Made by a program: the position numbers and the translations under genes. A stretch of 64,000 nucleotides of DNA, from assembly GCF_006345805.1 (NCBI RefSeq), contig NC_043003.1, forward strand, positions 63,116,001 to 63,180,000, read 5' to 3'. The notes under the pieces were generated by a model. That model was given only the letters and a program-made list of their open reading frames with translations. It was not told the DNA's origin and did not search any database. Shown one piece after another: positions 12,108 through 24,179 of this stretch. Each line of letters starts with the position of its first letter. The first letter of the stretch is position 1. The DNA comes from Octopus sinensis (Eukaryota).

Positions 12108-14297
12108 ATATATATATTCAGAGAGAGAGAAAGAGAGAGAGGTACATGTGTGTGTATCTTTGTATGTGTCAAGTGTTGCTGATGGGGTACAAGCACAAAC
12201 ACACACACACACACACACAGTGGGGCTTTCACGACAGTTTCCATCTACCAAATCCACTCACAAGGCACTGGTCAAGCTGGAGTATTAGGAGAAAGTACTC
12301 GGCCTGAGGTGCTGCACAGTGGGACTGAACAAAAAAAAAAACCACGTGGTAGCGAAATCGGCTTCTTAACCAGACAGCCATGCCTGGAAATTTCTAGAAT
12401 TCCGTGTCAAATTGCAGAAAACTTTTAGATTGATAAGAAGCTGAAGAAGGAGGAGGAGGAGGAGGAGGGGAAGAAGGAGAAGAAGAAGAAGAAGAAGAAG
12501 GTTTTTGTGCTATTTACTACATTTAATGATGTAAGGTCATATGTTATTGTCAGATTGAATAGCTTTATGGTTTCATTGTCATGCTTGCTTTACTAGCGGA
12601 TGTACTATTATTCTGCTCAAAACATGACCTTTTATTATCTGTCAACGATGATGGACGGGGCCATTGATATTTTTGATTGACACCAAAATAAAATGTGGAA
12701 CTGTCATCTCTTCACATCACAATTCCTTCAAAAGTTCTCAGCACATTTTTCTGTTTTACTTTCCAACTTTAAACTTTTCTTTCCTTCTGACAGGTATATT
12801 AAAGTCTGCGTCATTACAGCATTTATTTCTTGCGGTGGTGCCTTGAAGTTCCTTTTATTATAACAGACTACATTTACTGGAATTAAGCAATGCTCTTCTA
12901 ATATTATCGGATTTAAGGAGGTAGAAGGAGATACTTTAACAATTTTGAAAAATATCAAAACAAGAATCTATTTTTAGTTTGAAGCAAAGAATAAGTATTT
13001 ATAGAAGTTAGGAACATTTTAATACATAATAACAGGGTTTTTTTCCTAATTTTTGTTATTTTGTAATTTACTGCTTTTCCTTCTACTTACTTCAGTCATC
13101 ACACTGTGGCCATACTGGAGCAACACTTTGAAGAATTTATTGTTAAATGAATCGAACCCAATACTTTATTTATTTTAAGCCTCGTATTTATCAGTCTCTT
13201 TCCCTAGACTGCTAAATTATGTGTGTATATAACGAGCGTGTGTATGTTTGTATGTGAGGGGTGCAATTAGATGTATGTATGTATGTATGTATGCATGAAT
13301 GGTTCTAGGTAGATTCCAATATGGTAAATTCCACTACGGTAAATTTCACTATAGGTAATATGAATACATTTTAGATCAAATTTTATTCACACATTAAGAT
13401 AAAAATGACAGCTAGCACATAAAAATAAAGTTATGAGAAAAGCTTTCTTTTATGACAAATTGCAAGCAATATTTCTTAAAGATTGCAGAGCATTTTCAGA
13501 TTGATAATTCTCAACTAACTTTTTTAGTCGTGCATCAATCATTTGATAGGACTTTTGTTTTGTTGTTGTTGAGTCTCCATCTCAAATGTGTGCAATTTCC
13601 ATCTGGCTTAAGCCTTCTTCAGTGTTAAGGGCATTATAAAGTTTCCACAAATTTGGATGTGTGGATGTTTTCAATGACTGCAAAGCATTGTGGAACCCTT
13701 CTACCAAATTATTTGCTCTTGGCAAGTCATTTAAAATGCGGTTGCACATATTACAGAGTTGGATAGAAAACTGCGGGGCTTCTCTTCATTGATGAAGACC
13801 ACGTCCCCTTACAGTCCAAATGTATGAATTCTCAAAATAAGAGATAAACTCAGAAGGGATGCTTTCATCACCAGACAAATCTTCAAATCCATTGACAATG
13901 TCTTCATTTGGTAAAAATGCTAAAGCGCAAAAATATTTAATTTCAAGCTGAAAACTTTTGTCTGTGTTGTATCTCCTACTCTTACCAAGTGCACATGCCT
14001 TCTGCAAAATAAACTGTCTGAGATGAAAAACACACCCAACTACTTCTAAATGCAGAAATACAGAAACAAATGAGTTATGGAGAGCTTTATCAAAGTCCAT
14101 GAGACAGGTGGAATGTTGACAATTTGCACTTAAATTCTGCACAGTAGACAGAACTTGATGATACGAGCCAAATAGCCTGGGTACTCATAACCCTCCAACA
14201 GTGATATGTAGCATGAAAAGCTGACACCACAAACTAGGAGACAACTTAAAAGTCCCATCATAGGCCCAATTTTCAGAGCTTTCTCAATCATCCAAGC

Positions 14298-14590
14298 TTC
14301 ACTCCTACTCCAGAGCGTGGGCTGCGGGGTCACTCTGAAAAGCTCTATCTACGACGATTTCATCTCAATTGAAGGAGAGGGGCTTTCTCCGTCCAGGTTG
14401 CAGATCCGTGGAATAAGTTGCCGGACAAGATAGTGAAGATGCCGATGACCGCTCGGTTCAAAGTCTCTCTTGACCAGAAATGGCCTGAACTCTTTGTATG
14501 ACCATCCTCCCTGTACATAACTCCATGTCCCCCTACATGGCCTTGCTTTGCTTTTTGAGCCAATAAAAATTAAATTAAATTAAATTAAAT
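14298..14590 (+). mobile_element. CR1-clade LINE 3' fragment inserted in MULE transposase
   Basis: Translates GLRGHSEKLYLRRFHLN*RRGAFSVQVADPWNKLPDKIV...FKVSLDQKWPELFV* (stop 14499-14501), then short UTR and (AAATT)n tail. Confidence 0.8.
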
Positions 14591-14625
14591 TTTTTCTCCG
14601 GAAAAACTAAAATTCTGTCTGAGTC

Positions 14626-14945
14626 ATCATCATCATCATCATTGTTCGACCGTGGTCGAGACAATGGAATTTACCATGCTACGCCAGACTTCACGGTCCA
14701 TCATGGCATTACGGAGGTCCTGTTGCTGGATGCCTGTATCCCTGGAGATTACATCAGGGTAGGAGAGTGTGCGCCCTCTGGTATTGCGAGTAGATGGCTT
14801 CCAGAGGAGAAGAGTAGAAATTATTTCTTTTTCAGCTCTACAACAATGTCCAGCAAACTGGACTCTCCTACCTTTCACAAGAGATGACACAAGTGGTAGT
14901 TTCCCATATATTTGCATTCTGGTTGGATGAGTCATCAATGTCACT
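14626..14945 (-). mobile_element. Second RTE-like LINE family, 3' fragment inserted in MULE
   Basis: ORF 14639-14950: IYGKLPLVSSLVKGRRVQFAGHCCRA...LLLWKP...RGRTLSYPDVISRDTG...AMMDREVWR followed directly by a (TGA)n tail. Confidence 0.75.
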
Positions 14946-15475
14946 GTCAAAGACTAAAAACAAGGACCCAGTTTCTAACTAATTAACTGCATCAACAACA
15001 AGTTGGAAGTGTGGGGATTCCTAAAGCATGCTGTCTCTAATTACATATGTTACGTGAAAGTCCAGGAATAGTTTGCAACAATGGTTGTGCTTCCTCACTG
15101 AGATTTTGTACAGCAGCAGCTGTTACTTCCAGTGAAGATACTGTGCCCGTTCTCATTACTTCACTTTTCATTGAAGTAACTGCCTTTCGGGTATTAACGT
15201 GTTCAATGCTTGCTGAGTGATTATGGGAACCTGTTGAAAAAAATAACTTCTGATATACTGGACTTGAAAGTTGTATGTAGCCTATTCCAGCAACCTTTGT
15301 AAAAACGTTTACATTGCCAATATATTTTTTTTTTTGCTACTGTTAACTCCATTCTTTTCGTATATATGATTCTCTTCACCACAAAGCTTATGTTTGCTCT
15401 TCTCTGATGTTATAAATGGTCAAGGGTTTCAAAGTTCAAAGTCAAACTGAATAGAAAAAAAATTAGCAGTACATA

Positions 15476-15880
15476 GGTGCAGGAGTGGCTATGTTGTAAG
15501 TACATTGCTTACCAGCCACATGGTTCTGGGTTCAGTCCCACTGCATGGCACTTTGGGCAAGTGTCTTCTACTATAGCTTCGGGCCGACCAAAGCCTTGTG
15601 AGTGGATTTGGTAGACAGAAACTGAAAGAAGCCTGTTGTATATATGTATATACATATATATTTATGTGTATATGTTTGTGTGTCTGTGTTTGTCCCACAA
15701 CATCGCTTGACAACCAATGCTGGTGTGTTTACGTCCCCATCACTTAGCAGTTCAGCAAAAGAGACAGATAGAATAAGTACTAGGCTTACAAAGAATAAGT
15801 CCTGGGGTCGATTTCTTCGACTAAAGGTGGTGTTCCAGCATGGCCATAGTCAAATGACAGAAACAAGTAAAAGAGTGAAA
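15476..15880 (+). mobile_element. SINE family A inserted just upstream of the MULE ORF
   Basis: Full-length match to 6598-6973. Confidence 0.85.
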
Positions 15881-15943
15881 AAGTACAATGAAATTCAATT
15901 AAAAAATGAGTAACAAAGGCATAAAACTATACTTTAACTAATG

Positions 15944-16300
15944 ACTAATTAGATTAGAAGTGTGTAACGAGGGTGCATGTAATTTGTTTTCTATAGACTG
16001 CTTACTGTAGTTGAATTTACCTAAGTGGAATATATCGTACTGAATATTATCTAAAGTGAAATTTTCCGAATGGAATTTAATTAACGACTAATTAATTGAG
16101 AAGTGTGAAACAAGGGTGCGTGTAATAGGTCTTCTACAGACCATTTACCTGTAGTTGAATTTACCTTAGCAGAATATACCACACTGAATTTTACCGATAG
16201 AGAAATTTTCCAAGTGGAATTTAAGTTACGCCTAATTAGTTAAGAAGTGTGTAATGAGGGCGTGTGTAATTAGTTTTCTATAGATCATTATTTTCCAAGT
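15944..16300. repeat. ~143-bp tandem repeat (about 2.5 units) in MULE subterminal region
   Basis: Units start at 15944, 16087 and 16231 ([a/c]ctaatta...agaagtgtg...gggtgc). Confidence 0.8.
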
Positions 16301-16549
16301 AGAATTTACCATAGTGGAATTTACTTTAGTGGAATATACCACAATGAATCTTACCTATCGTGGAATTTACCATAGTGGAATTTACTGCTCATGGCATGAA
16401 TAGGTTTCACTCATGCACATCAAATCTATTCAAATAAAGGGCTTTATGATATTTGTTTGAGACTGGGTTACATACATTCCCTTGTCACTCCCACTCACAG
16501 AAATACAGTGAACCAGTGATTATGTAAAATAATCCTTCCAATTATAGGT

Positions 16550-16950
16550 GCAAAGCTTGCAGTTTTGAGGAAGGGGGCTCATTAGCTACATCAATTTCAG
16601 TGCTCAACTGGTACTAATTTTATCAACCTCAAAAGGGATGAAAGGGCCAAAGTCAACCCCAATGGAGTTTGAACTCAGAACATAAAAAGCCACAAGAAAT
16701 ACTGCCAAGCATTTTTATTTCTTTATTGCCCACAAGGGGCTAAACATAGAGGGGACAAACAAGGACAGACAAAGGGATTAGGTCGATTACATCGACTCCA
16801 GTTCGTAACTGGTACTTATTTAATCAACCCCAAAAGGATGAAAGGCAAAGTCGACCTTGGCGGAATTTGAACTCAGAACGTAACGGCAGACGAAATACCA
16901 CTAAGCATTTTGCCCGGCGTGCTAACGATTCTACCAGCTCGCCGCCTTGC
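16550..16950 (-). mobile_element. SINE family B (short plus long variant)
   Basis: Two cores aaaggcaaagtcgacc...gaatttgaactcagaac; head ccagctcgccgcc at about 16935-16947. Confidence 0.75.
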
Positions 16951-17029
16951 TGCTAAGCATTTTGTCTAGCATGCTAATGGTTCTGCTAGCTTGCTGTATT
17001 AATAATGATGATGATGATAATTACTATGA

Positions 17030-17242
17030 TAATACCAGTAATGATTGGTGCATTGGGAATGATAAAGAAGGGAGCTGAGAAGTATATGAGGCAACTCCCT
17101 GGTAACTCTAATCTCCGTGAACTACAAAATAACTATGGAAAAAAGCAAAACAAAAGTGCCCTTGCTACTCTTGGCCTCCGGAGGATGCCTGGTACTAACG
17201 CAGCTGAAATAAAGTTATAATGAAAAGAAGCCATAAATGATG

Positions 17243-17286
<44 letters not shown>

Positions 17287-17740
17287 GATAGAGAAATTAT
17301 GGCTAATAGGCTGGATATAGTTGTCAGAAATTATCAAGAAAAAAAAAACTTTCTAATTGATGTATCAATATCAACAGATGACAATGTTTCTCTAAAAGGA
17401 AGGGAGAAACTTTCAAAATACAAAGATCTGGAAATAGAAGTAACTCGAATGTGGTGTCTAAAAACAGAAGCAATTCCTATCATGGTAGGCACATTAGGTA
17501 TGATGAAAAAAATATTCAGACAAATACATAACAAAAAACACCAGGACTAGCAAGTATATATAACATACATAAAATAGCACTACTAGGTACTGCACACATC
17601 CTACATAATACACTATCAATACAGTGAAAATAAGAGCATCACAACAAGCCACAGCACATACCCAAGGCACACAGAGCTGTGCTCGGTAGTGCAGTGAAAG
17701 CACATGATAAAAATAAGACTACTGAATAATAACAATAACA
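17030..17740 (+). pseudogene. RLE-type (R4/Dong-like) LINE 3' remnants embedded in (TAA)n
   Basis: IPVMIGALGMIKKG (about 17030-17075) and ANRLDIVVRNYQEKKNFLIDVSISTDDNVSLKGREKLSKYKDLEIEVTRMWCLKTEAIPIMVGTLG (17299-17500): PD...D..K endonuclease-type motif. Confidence 0.8.
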
Positions 17741-18009
17741 ACAACAACAACTTTTATTATTATTATTATTATTACTATAATTCTTTCTGCAATAGACACA
17801 AGGCCTGAAATTTGAAGGAAGAAACTAGCCAATTACATTGACCCCAGTATTTCACTGGTACTTAATTTATTGATCTCAAAAGGAGGAAAGGAGAAGTTGA
17901 CCTTAGTGGAATTTTAATTCAGAATGTAGCGACAGGCAAAATACCATTAAGCAGTTCATCCAGTGTGCTAACGATTCTGCCAACAACAATAATAATAATA
18001 ATAATAATA

Positions 18010-18048
<39 letters not shown>

Positions 18049-18982
18049 GAAGAAGAAGAAGAAGAAGAAGAGAAGAAGAAGAAGAACAACAACAACAACA
18101 ACAACAACAACAATAATAACAACAATATTAATAGCTAACATCTTATGCAAGAGACTATCCATTCAATAATACAACCTAAACAAAGCAACCCAGAAACACA
18201 TGACACACTCTATACACCAATAACCCAGGGAAATAAGCTTCCACCAGCAAGCTAGATAACACATTCAGCAGTAGAAATTTACCTTAAACAATCAAATGTT
18301 GAACAGCAGCAACAATAACAATAATAATAATGGTTTCAAATTTTGGCACAAGGGCAGCAAGTCTGGAAGAGGGGGTAAGCCAATTACATTAAACCCAGTG
18401 CTCAACTAATACTTATTTTATCAACCCACAAAATAACGAAAGGCAAAGTTTTATCCTGGAAGAATTTGAACTCAAAACATAAAGATGGATAAAATTCCAC
18501 AAGGCATCTCACCTGGCAGCAGCAACAGCAACAACAACAGCAACAACAACAACAACAACAACAGCAGCAACAGCAACAACAACAACAAGTACCAGGTAGT
18601 GGTTCTCATGGCTTCTGATCTTGACTGACTGGAAGTATTATCATGTACATTGTTTTGTCTTGGTATAAAAGATGGGCTACAGCAAATATTCTGCTCAATA
18701 TCACAGATTTGCTTGTCAGTTGTTGCAACCCATGCCAGCATGGAAAGCAGACGTTAAACGACGACGACAATGATGATGATGTTTTATCAATCCCAAGAGG
18801 ATGAAAAGCCACGTTGAACTTGGCAGAATATGAACTTAAATGTAAAGAGTTGAAGCTGTAAGAAACAGCGCTGGACATTTTTGTATGCTCTGCTAACAAT
18901 GCTGCCGACTCACTGTTTTATTAGGAGACATAATAATGAAAATACATTTCTAGCCAACAAATCTCATTTAACATAAATCTAC

Positions 18983-19105
18983 CTTTGTCTGAAGCAATTT
19001 ATTCCACCATTATTAGAAAGAATTTGTTTTGCATGCAAATTGCCGAACTGATTTTTAAGTAAACCTCTTACAATCAAAGGTTGTGTCACACAGTAAAGTA
19101 ATAAT
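18983..19105 (-). CDS. Candidate internal coding exon (123 nt), product unknown
   Basis: Acceptor ttttatttctgccttag, donor AAG|gtagat; only one open frame (LLLYCVTQPLIVRGLLKNQFGNLHAKQILSNNGGINCFRQ); length divisible by 3. No homology recognised. Confidence 0.3.
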
Positions 19106-19388
19106 CTAAGGCAGAAATAAAACCTTATTTTCTAAATTACTGGCCATATATTTTCTTTTTACCTTGACAAAATGCCAGTAATCTTTTGTTTTATCTGACA
19201 AATTTACCTGCATTCTAGAATTTATCTTGTCAACATGTTTATTTTTAAAATGCTAAAATAGTACTCTATCACAGTCAAATGTCATCTTCAAAGTGCTTCT
19301 TTGGAAGTTTTGGATAAAATTATTTTCCAATATTTGAAAGACTTATTTGAAACATACAGATAAATACATTTGAATTTTTAGAAATAAT

Positions 19389-19424
<36 letters not shown>

Positions 19425-19449
19425 TGGTTTGTATGATAACATACACACA

Positions 19450-19610
19450 GAAAGTGACACCGAGGTACACCTTGCAAAGTGGAGAAAAATCAAAATCATC
19501 TTTTACATATGGGAGGACCAAACATGAAATGAATGGTCTGATCTCAACAGTGCAGATATTCAGTAAGGGTATTGGGATGGAATTTGGGACTAAAAAGTGT
19601 GGTATGCTTA
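19450..19610 (+). pseudogene. R4/Dong-like RT fragment
   Basis: YTLQSGEK...YGRTKHEMNGLISTVQIFSKGIGMEFGTKKCGML resembles the post-catalytic FS.DIGMEFG..KC motif. Confidence 0.55.
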
Positions 19611-19859
19611 TATTCTTTTATTCTTTTACTTGTTTCAGTCATTCGACTGCGATCATGCTGGAGCACCACCTTTAGTCAAACAAATCGACCCCAGGACTTA
19701 TTCTTTGTAAGCCTAGTACTTATGCTATTGGTCTCTTTCCCGAACTGCTAAGTTATGGTAACGTAAATACACCAATATTGGTTATCAAGTGACAGTGGTG
19801 GTGAGAGCAAACACAGACACACATTCAAATATTATACATATATATATATATACATAAAT

Positions 19860-20035
19860 ACAAAATGGGATAAGCACACAAAAGATTCAAATAGACGATA
19901 CAAAAAACAGGGACGGGTCATTCGAAGCCTCTAATCTTCAGTCAAGAACCGGATCATCCTCGCAATTTCAGCTGATTAATCTTGAGATTTGCTCCGATCT
20001 GGCCAGCCCCAAGGAAAAGACTAAGCTACATCAAC
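19860..20035 (-). mobile_element. Penelope-like terminal repeat fragment (degenerate hammerhead core)
   Basis: Minus strand gaCTGAAGAttagaggcttcGAAtgacccgtcc, followed by a T-rich tail ending in (TA)n. Confidence 0.4.
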
Positions 20036-20054
20036 TCCAGTTTATACATATATA

Positions 20055-20440
20055 CATCATCATCATCGTCGTTTAGCGTCCGTTTTCCATGCTAGCATGG
20101 GTTGGACGGTTCTACTGGGGTCTGTGAAGCCAGAAGGCTTCATCAGGCCCAGTCAAATCTGGCAGTGTTTCTACGGCTGGATGCCCTTCCTAACGCCAAC
20201 CACTCCGTGAGTGTAGTGGGTGCTTTTTACGTGCCACCCGCACAGGTACCAGACAGAGCTGGCAAACGGCCACGAATGGATGGTGCTTTTTATGTGCCAC
20301 CGGCACAAGGGCCAGGCGAGGCTGGCAACGGACACGAAACGGGGCGGTGCTGGCAATGGTCGCGAAACGGAAGGTTCTCTTACATGCCACCGGCACTGGT
20401 AACACATCTGCACTTTCCATTGATCGATTTCCATTCTGAT
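20055..20440 (-). mobile_element. RTE 3'UTR-only fragment
   Basis: Near-identical to 267-480; flanked by TA-rich tracts. Confidence 0.85.
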
Positions 20441-20459
20441 ATATATATATATATATATC

Positions 20460-20659
20460 GTAAATCCCAAAAAAGAAGAACAACAAACACAAAAAAAAGC
20501 ACAACAACACGTGCACGTGGTACATGTAATGTTTTAGCAGATGCTCAGGAAAGGAAAGAAAGATGGTTTAATGTTTTGAGCAACGCTCTTCTTCAGAAAC
20601 AGAGGAAAGTCCAATAGAGAGGAAGATGGAGGAAGAAAATCACCAACGATTCACATGTG

Positions 20660-20660
<1 letters not shown>
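20460..20660 (-). mobile_element. Penelope-like terminal repeat fragment with hammerhead-like motif
   Basis: Minus strand tttCTGAAGAaGAGCgttGCTCaaaacattaaacc (20565-20600); related copy at 52010-52185. Confidence 0.5.
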
Positions 20661-20697
<37 letters not shown>

Positions 20698-20836
20698 CAG
20701 GCATCTTTCAGTCTCCATCATTGAGTGTAAGGAAACATATTTACAAATTTTGAAGGGAGAAGGTGAGAGACATTATACAATAAATGAAAGAATGTTAAGA
20801 TTTTTAAAATACACTCATTTACACACACACACACAC

Positions 20837-20876
<40 letters not shown>

Positions 20877-21187
20877 GTATGGATTATAAAACCCATAAAA
20901 AAGTGATGTTTAAATCTTGGATCAATAACTGTAATTTAATTGAAACTTCTTACTTATAAATATATAAAATTAAGATGCCAGTGCAGACATGGCATAGAGG
21001 TGCAGGTGTGGCTGTGTGATAAGAAGTTTCCTTCCCAACTACATGGTTCTGGGTTTAGACAAGTATCTTCTACTACAATAGTAGGCTGATCAAAGCCTTG
21101 TGAGTGAATTTGGCATATAGGAAATCGATAGAAGTTGTGTACATACATGTATGTATACACACACACACACACACACAGATATATATA

Positions 21188-21800
21188 TTAGGTTGGCAGC
21201 TAAGTTCGCGCCGTTTTTTTAAATTCAAATTTTTTAAAAGGTTTAATAAAAAATAACAACTAATTAATCAATAATGTATTCATCCTTGTTGTTTACAACT
21301 TCTTCCCAACATTCAACAAGATTTTCAATACCTCATTGGTAGAAATCACCTGATTTCGACTTGAAAAATTGATCCAACCAAGCTCTCAATTCTGCATCAG
21401 TATTGAGCGAAACTCTGCGCATAGCATTTGAAAGAGATCGAAAGCGGTGGAAATCTGTTGGTGCCAAATCAGGAGATTACGGCAGGTGTGACAGCACTTC
21501 CCAGCTATGCGTTTGAATGGCTTCCTTGGTCATATTGGCAATGTGAGGGCAGGCGTTGTCGTGCAGCAGAACTCTGTGCTGCCGACTAGGTCTTTTCTCT
21601 TGAATAGCTGAGTTGAGTCATTCCATCTGTTGAACATAGAGTTCAGCGTTGACTGTTTGATTCTATTCTGTTCAAAAATATAAGGACACGGATCGTGTCG
21701 TATAGCCAGCTGGAGACGATGTCTCTTGGGGCTAAATTACAGCAACATTTGTCCTAAACTAGGACTGTCATATTACGCTAATAAATAATCTTTACTCCAA
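21188..21800 (-). mobile_element. mariner (DD34D) remnant with one TIR
   Basis: TA+ttaggttggcagctaagttcgcgccgtttt TIR. Minus frame 21264-21665: QTVNAELYVQQME*L...LLHDNACPHIA...WEVLSHLP*SPDLAPTDFH...GIENLVECWEEVVNNKDEYIID*. Confidence 0.9.
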
Positions 21801-22149
21801 AGTACTGTTGCTGAATATCTCTCATTATGTAATTTACAAATAGTAATTTTCTAAATGAATTTTGTTGAGGAAGATTTTTTTAAAGCTCAATCCTTTTCCT
21901 CTCACCAACCCTCACTTGTCTCCAAGCATGTTCTCTTTATTCTTTGAACACAAACAGCATGAAGGCCAAATACGTCTTTCCTGGAAGATCATGAATAAAC
22001 TACCCTGCTTGTATGAAAGTAACATTTGTCCGCAATTAATGCATGATATCAAAACAATGAGACACAAACACATTCATGTGTGCACACATGTTCACACATA
22101 CAGGCATACATATATACATACATATATACATACATGTATACATGATGGG

Positions 22150-22440
22150 TAAAGACCCCCTTTGGTCATGAATGACTATGCGGTTGCACTAAGAAAGTCC
22201 ACCTCTGAAGCACAAGTCCATACAAGGTTGTTTATGGAACTGATGTTATCCAAGGGAAAGGCAAAGGCTGATACGGCTTGGCACCAGTAATGTTGCAACT
22301 CATTTCTACAGCTGAGTGTACAGGAGTAACGTGAAATAAAGTGTCTTGCTCAAGAACACAACACACAGCCTGGTGCTGGAATCGAACTCACTACCTCATG
22401 ATTGTGAGCCCAATGCTCTAACCACTGAACCATGCATCTT
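22150..22440 (-). mobile_element. tRNA-headed SINE family C
   Basis: Reverse complement: gcatggttcagtggttagagcattggg...gagttcgattccagcaccaggctgtgtgttgtgttcttgagcaagacacttt (A/B boxes plus core). Confidence 0.7.
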
Positions 22441-22554
22441 CACATACATACATATACATTAACATATATACATATATGTATGCATGCATAGGTACATAAG
22501 AGTCCTTTCCGAGCTATAAGCTCATCAGGCCAGTTTCATGGATTCATAAGTTGG

Positions 22555-22895
22555 TAGGTAGGTCGTAGGTAAGCAGGTAAGAAGTAGGCAGGTCATAGGT
22601 ATGCCATAGGTAAGTAGATCAAAGGTAGGTAGGTAGGTTAGAGTTAGATATTTTGTACATAGGTCATAAGTGGGTAGGTTGTAGTTGGGAAGGTCATTGA
22701 AAGGTAGGTCATAAATAGAATTTGCAAGTTGGTAGGTAGGTCATAGGTAAGCAGGTAAGAAGTAGGCAGGTCATAGGTACATCATAGGTAAATAGATCAA
22801 AGGTAGGTAGATAGGTCAGAGGTAGATATTTTGTACATAGGTTATAAGTTGGGAGGTTGTATTTGGGGAGGTCATAGGAAGGTAGGTCATAAGTA
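22555..22895. repeat. ~178-bp tandem duplication built of AGGT-rich ~10-mers
   Basis: gtaagcaggtaagaagtaggcaggtcatagg recurs at 22569 and 22747. Confidence 0.75.
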
Positions 22896-23249
22896 GCCAT
22901 GTCAAAATTCTTCCCTTATCATTTGCTTCCAAATGCAGGAATATTTCAGACAGAAATAGCTCTCCTGTAATCTTAACCGATCTTAATGGCAATCACCGAA
23001 TGCTGAAAGTGTAACCCTAAGACTACAATTTAATAATCTGCCACCTGACTAATTAGATCTAACTCATGACTCACAATCTAATTAAATATTCTATCATAAT
23101 TGTCATGGACCAGTTTATTGGTTAGCCTAGAGGAAATTGTGGAAATCAAAACTGTTAAATAAAGCAATTGAAAAATTGACAGAATTTTCATTAAAACTTG
23201 ACTGCGTGTTTGAGTATACCGTAACATGATTTGAACAAAACACAATCAA

Positions 23250-23630
23250 TTGAAACATCATTATCCTCATCAACAACATCATCATCAACATCATCATTAT
23301 CGCCATTGCCATAATCATCCAAAACTTTGTTGTCAGTGCCATCATCACCATCACAATCACCATCATCATCATCTCCATCATCACCATAATCTCCATCATC
23401 ATCACCATCAACATCATTATCCCTATTGTCATCATCATCATCCATATCAGTGTTGTCAGTGCCGTCATCACCATTACAATCACCACCACCATCATTATCA
23501 TCATCACCATCATTATCATCGCCATTATCATTACCATCATCATCATCACCATTATCATCATCATCCACATCATCATCATTGTCATCATCTCCATAATCAT
23601 CATCATCATCGCCATCATCTTCATCTTGCA
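23250..23630. repeat. Degenerate (CAT)n low-complexity tract
   Basis: catcat/caccat/cattat triplets throughout. Confidence 0.9.
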
Positions 23631-24107
23631 GTACCTTGGGCAAGTGTCTTCTACTATAGCCCCAGGCCAGTGAAAGTTTTGTGAGTCAATTTTGGTAGCT
23701 GGAATCCGTCGAAGCCCATAAAAGCACTCATGTCAGTGCCATGTTTGAAGCACCCATGCCGGTCCCACATAAAAAGGGCCCATGCCAGTGTCACATAAAA
23801 AAGCACCCTTACCGATACCATGTACAAAGCACCTGCACTGGTGCCACATAAAAAGCAACAGTACATTCTGTAAAGTGGTTGGCATCAGGAAGGGCATCCA
23901 GCAATAGAAACCATATTAAAACAAACAGCTGGAGCTTGGTGCAGCTTTACAGCTGGTCAGCTCCTGTCAAACCTTCCTAGAAAACAAATGTTAAATGATG
24001 TTGATGATGATGATGATGAAGATGTGATTTTCTCTATCCATATTTTTGCTGTCTAATACTCAGAATTTTTCGGACTTCTTTTAAATGATTTTTGGATCAG
24101 CATGTCA

Positions 24108-24179
<72 letters not shown>

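Larger units (their letters stand above)
13450..15419 (-). pseudogene. FLYWCH zinc finger + MULE DDE transposase pseudogene
   Basis: PFITSEKSKHKL...HIYEKN...IYWQCKRFYKGCWNRLHT...GSHNH; DSDRILVF; NWAYDGTFKLSP (14245-14259); MDFDKALHNSF...GCVFHLRQ...LAFLP...YFENSYIW; LPRANNLVEGFHN...HPNLWK; RLKKVVENY...LRNIACNLS*. Contains stops and frameshifts. Confidence 0.9.
13301..16393 (-). mobile_element. Full-length Mutator-like (MULE) DNA transposon with TIRs and TSD, carrying nested retroposons
   Basis: Left gtaaattccactacggtaaatttcactataggtaa (about 13324-13358) is the near-inverse of the right end (about 16350-16385). gcatgaat flanks both sides (13293-13300 and 16394-16401). Confidence 0.8.

Noticed and set aside
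23127-23684. Asp-rich, Met-rich and His-rich ORFs (biomineralisation-like protein)
   Set aside because: All three frames derive from a degenerate (CAT)n tract; the Asp-rich ORF starts inside a SINE; no splice or domain support.
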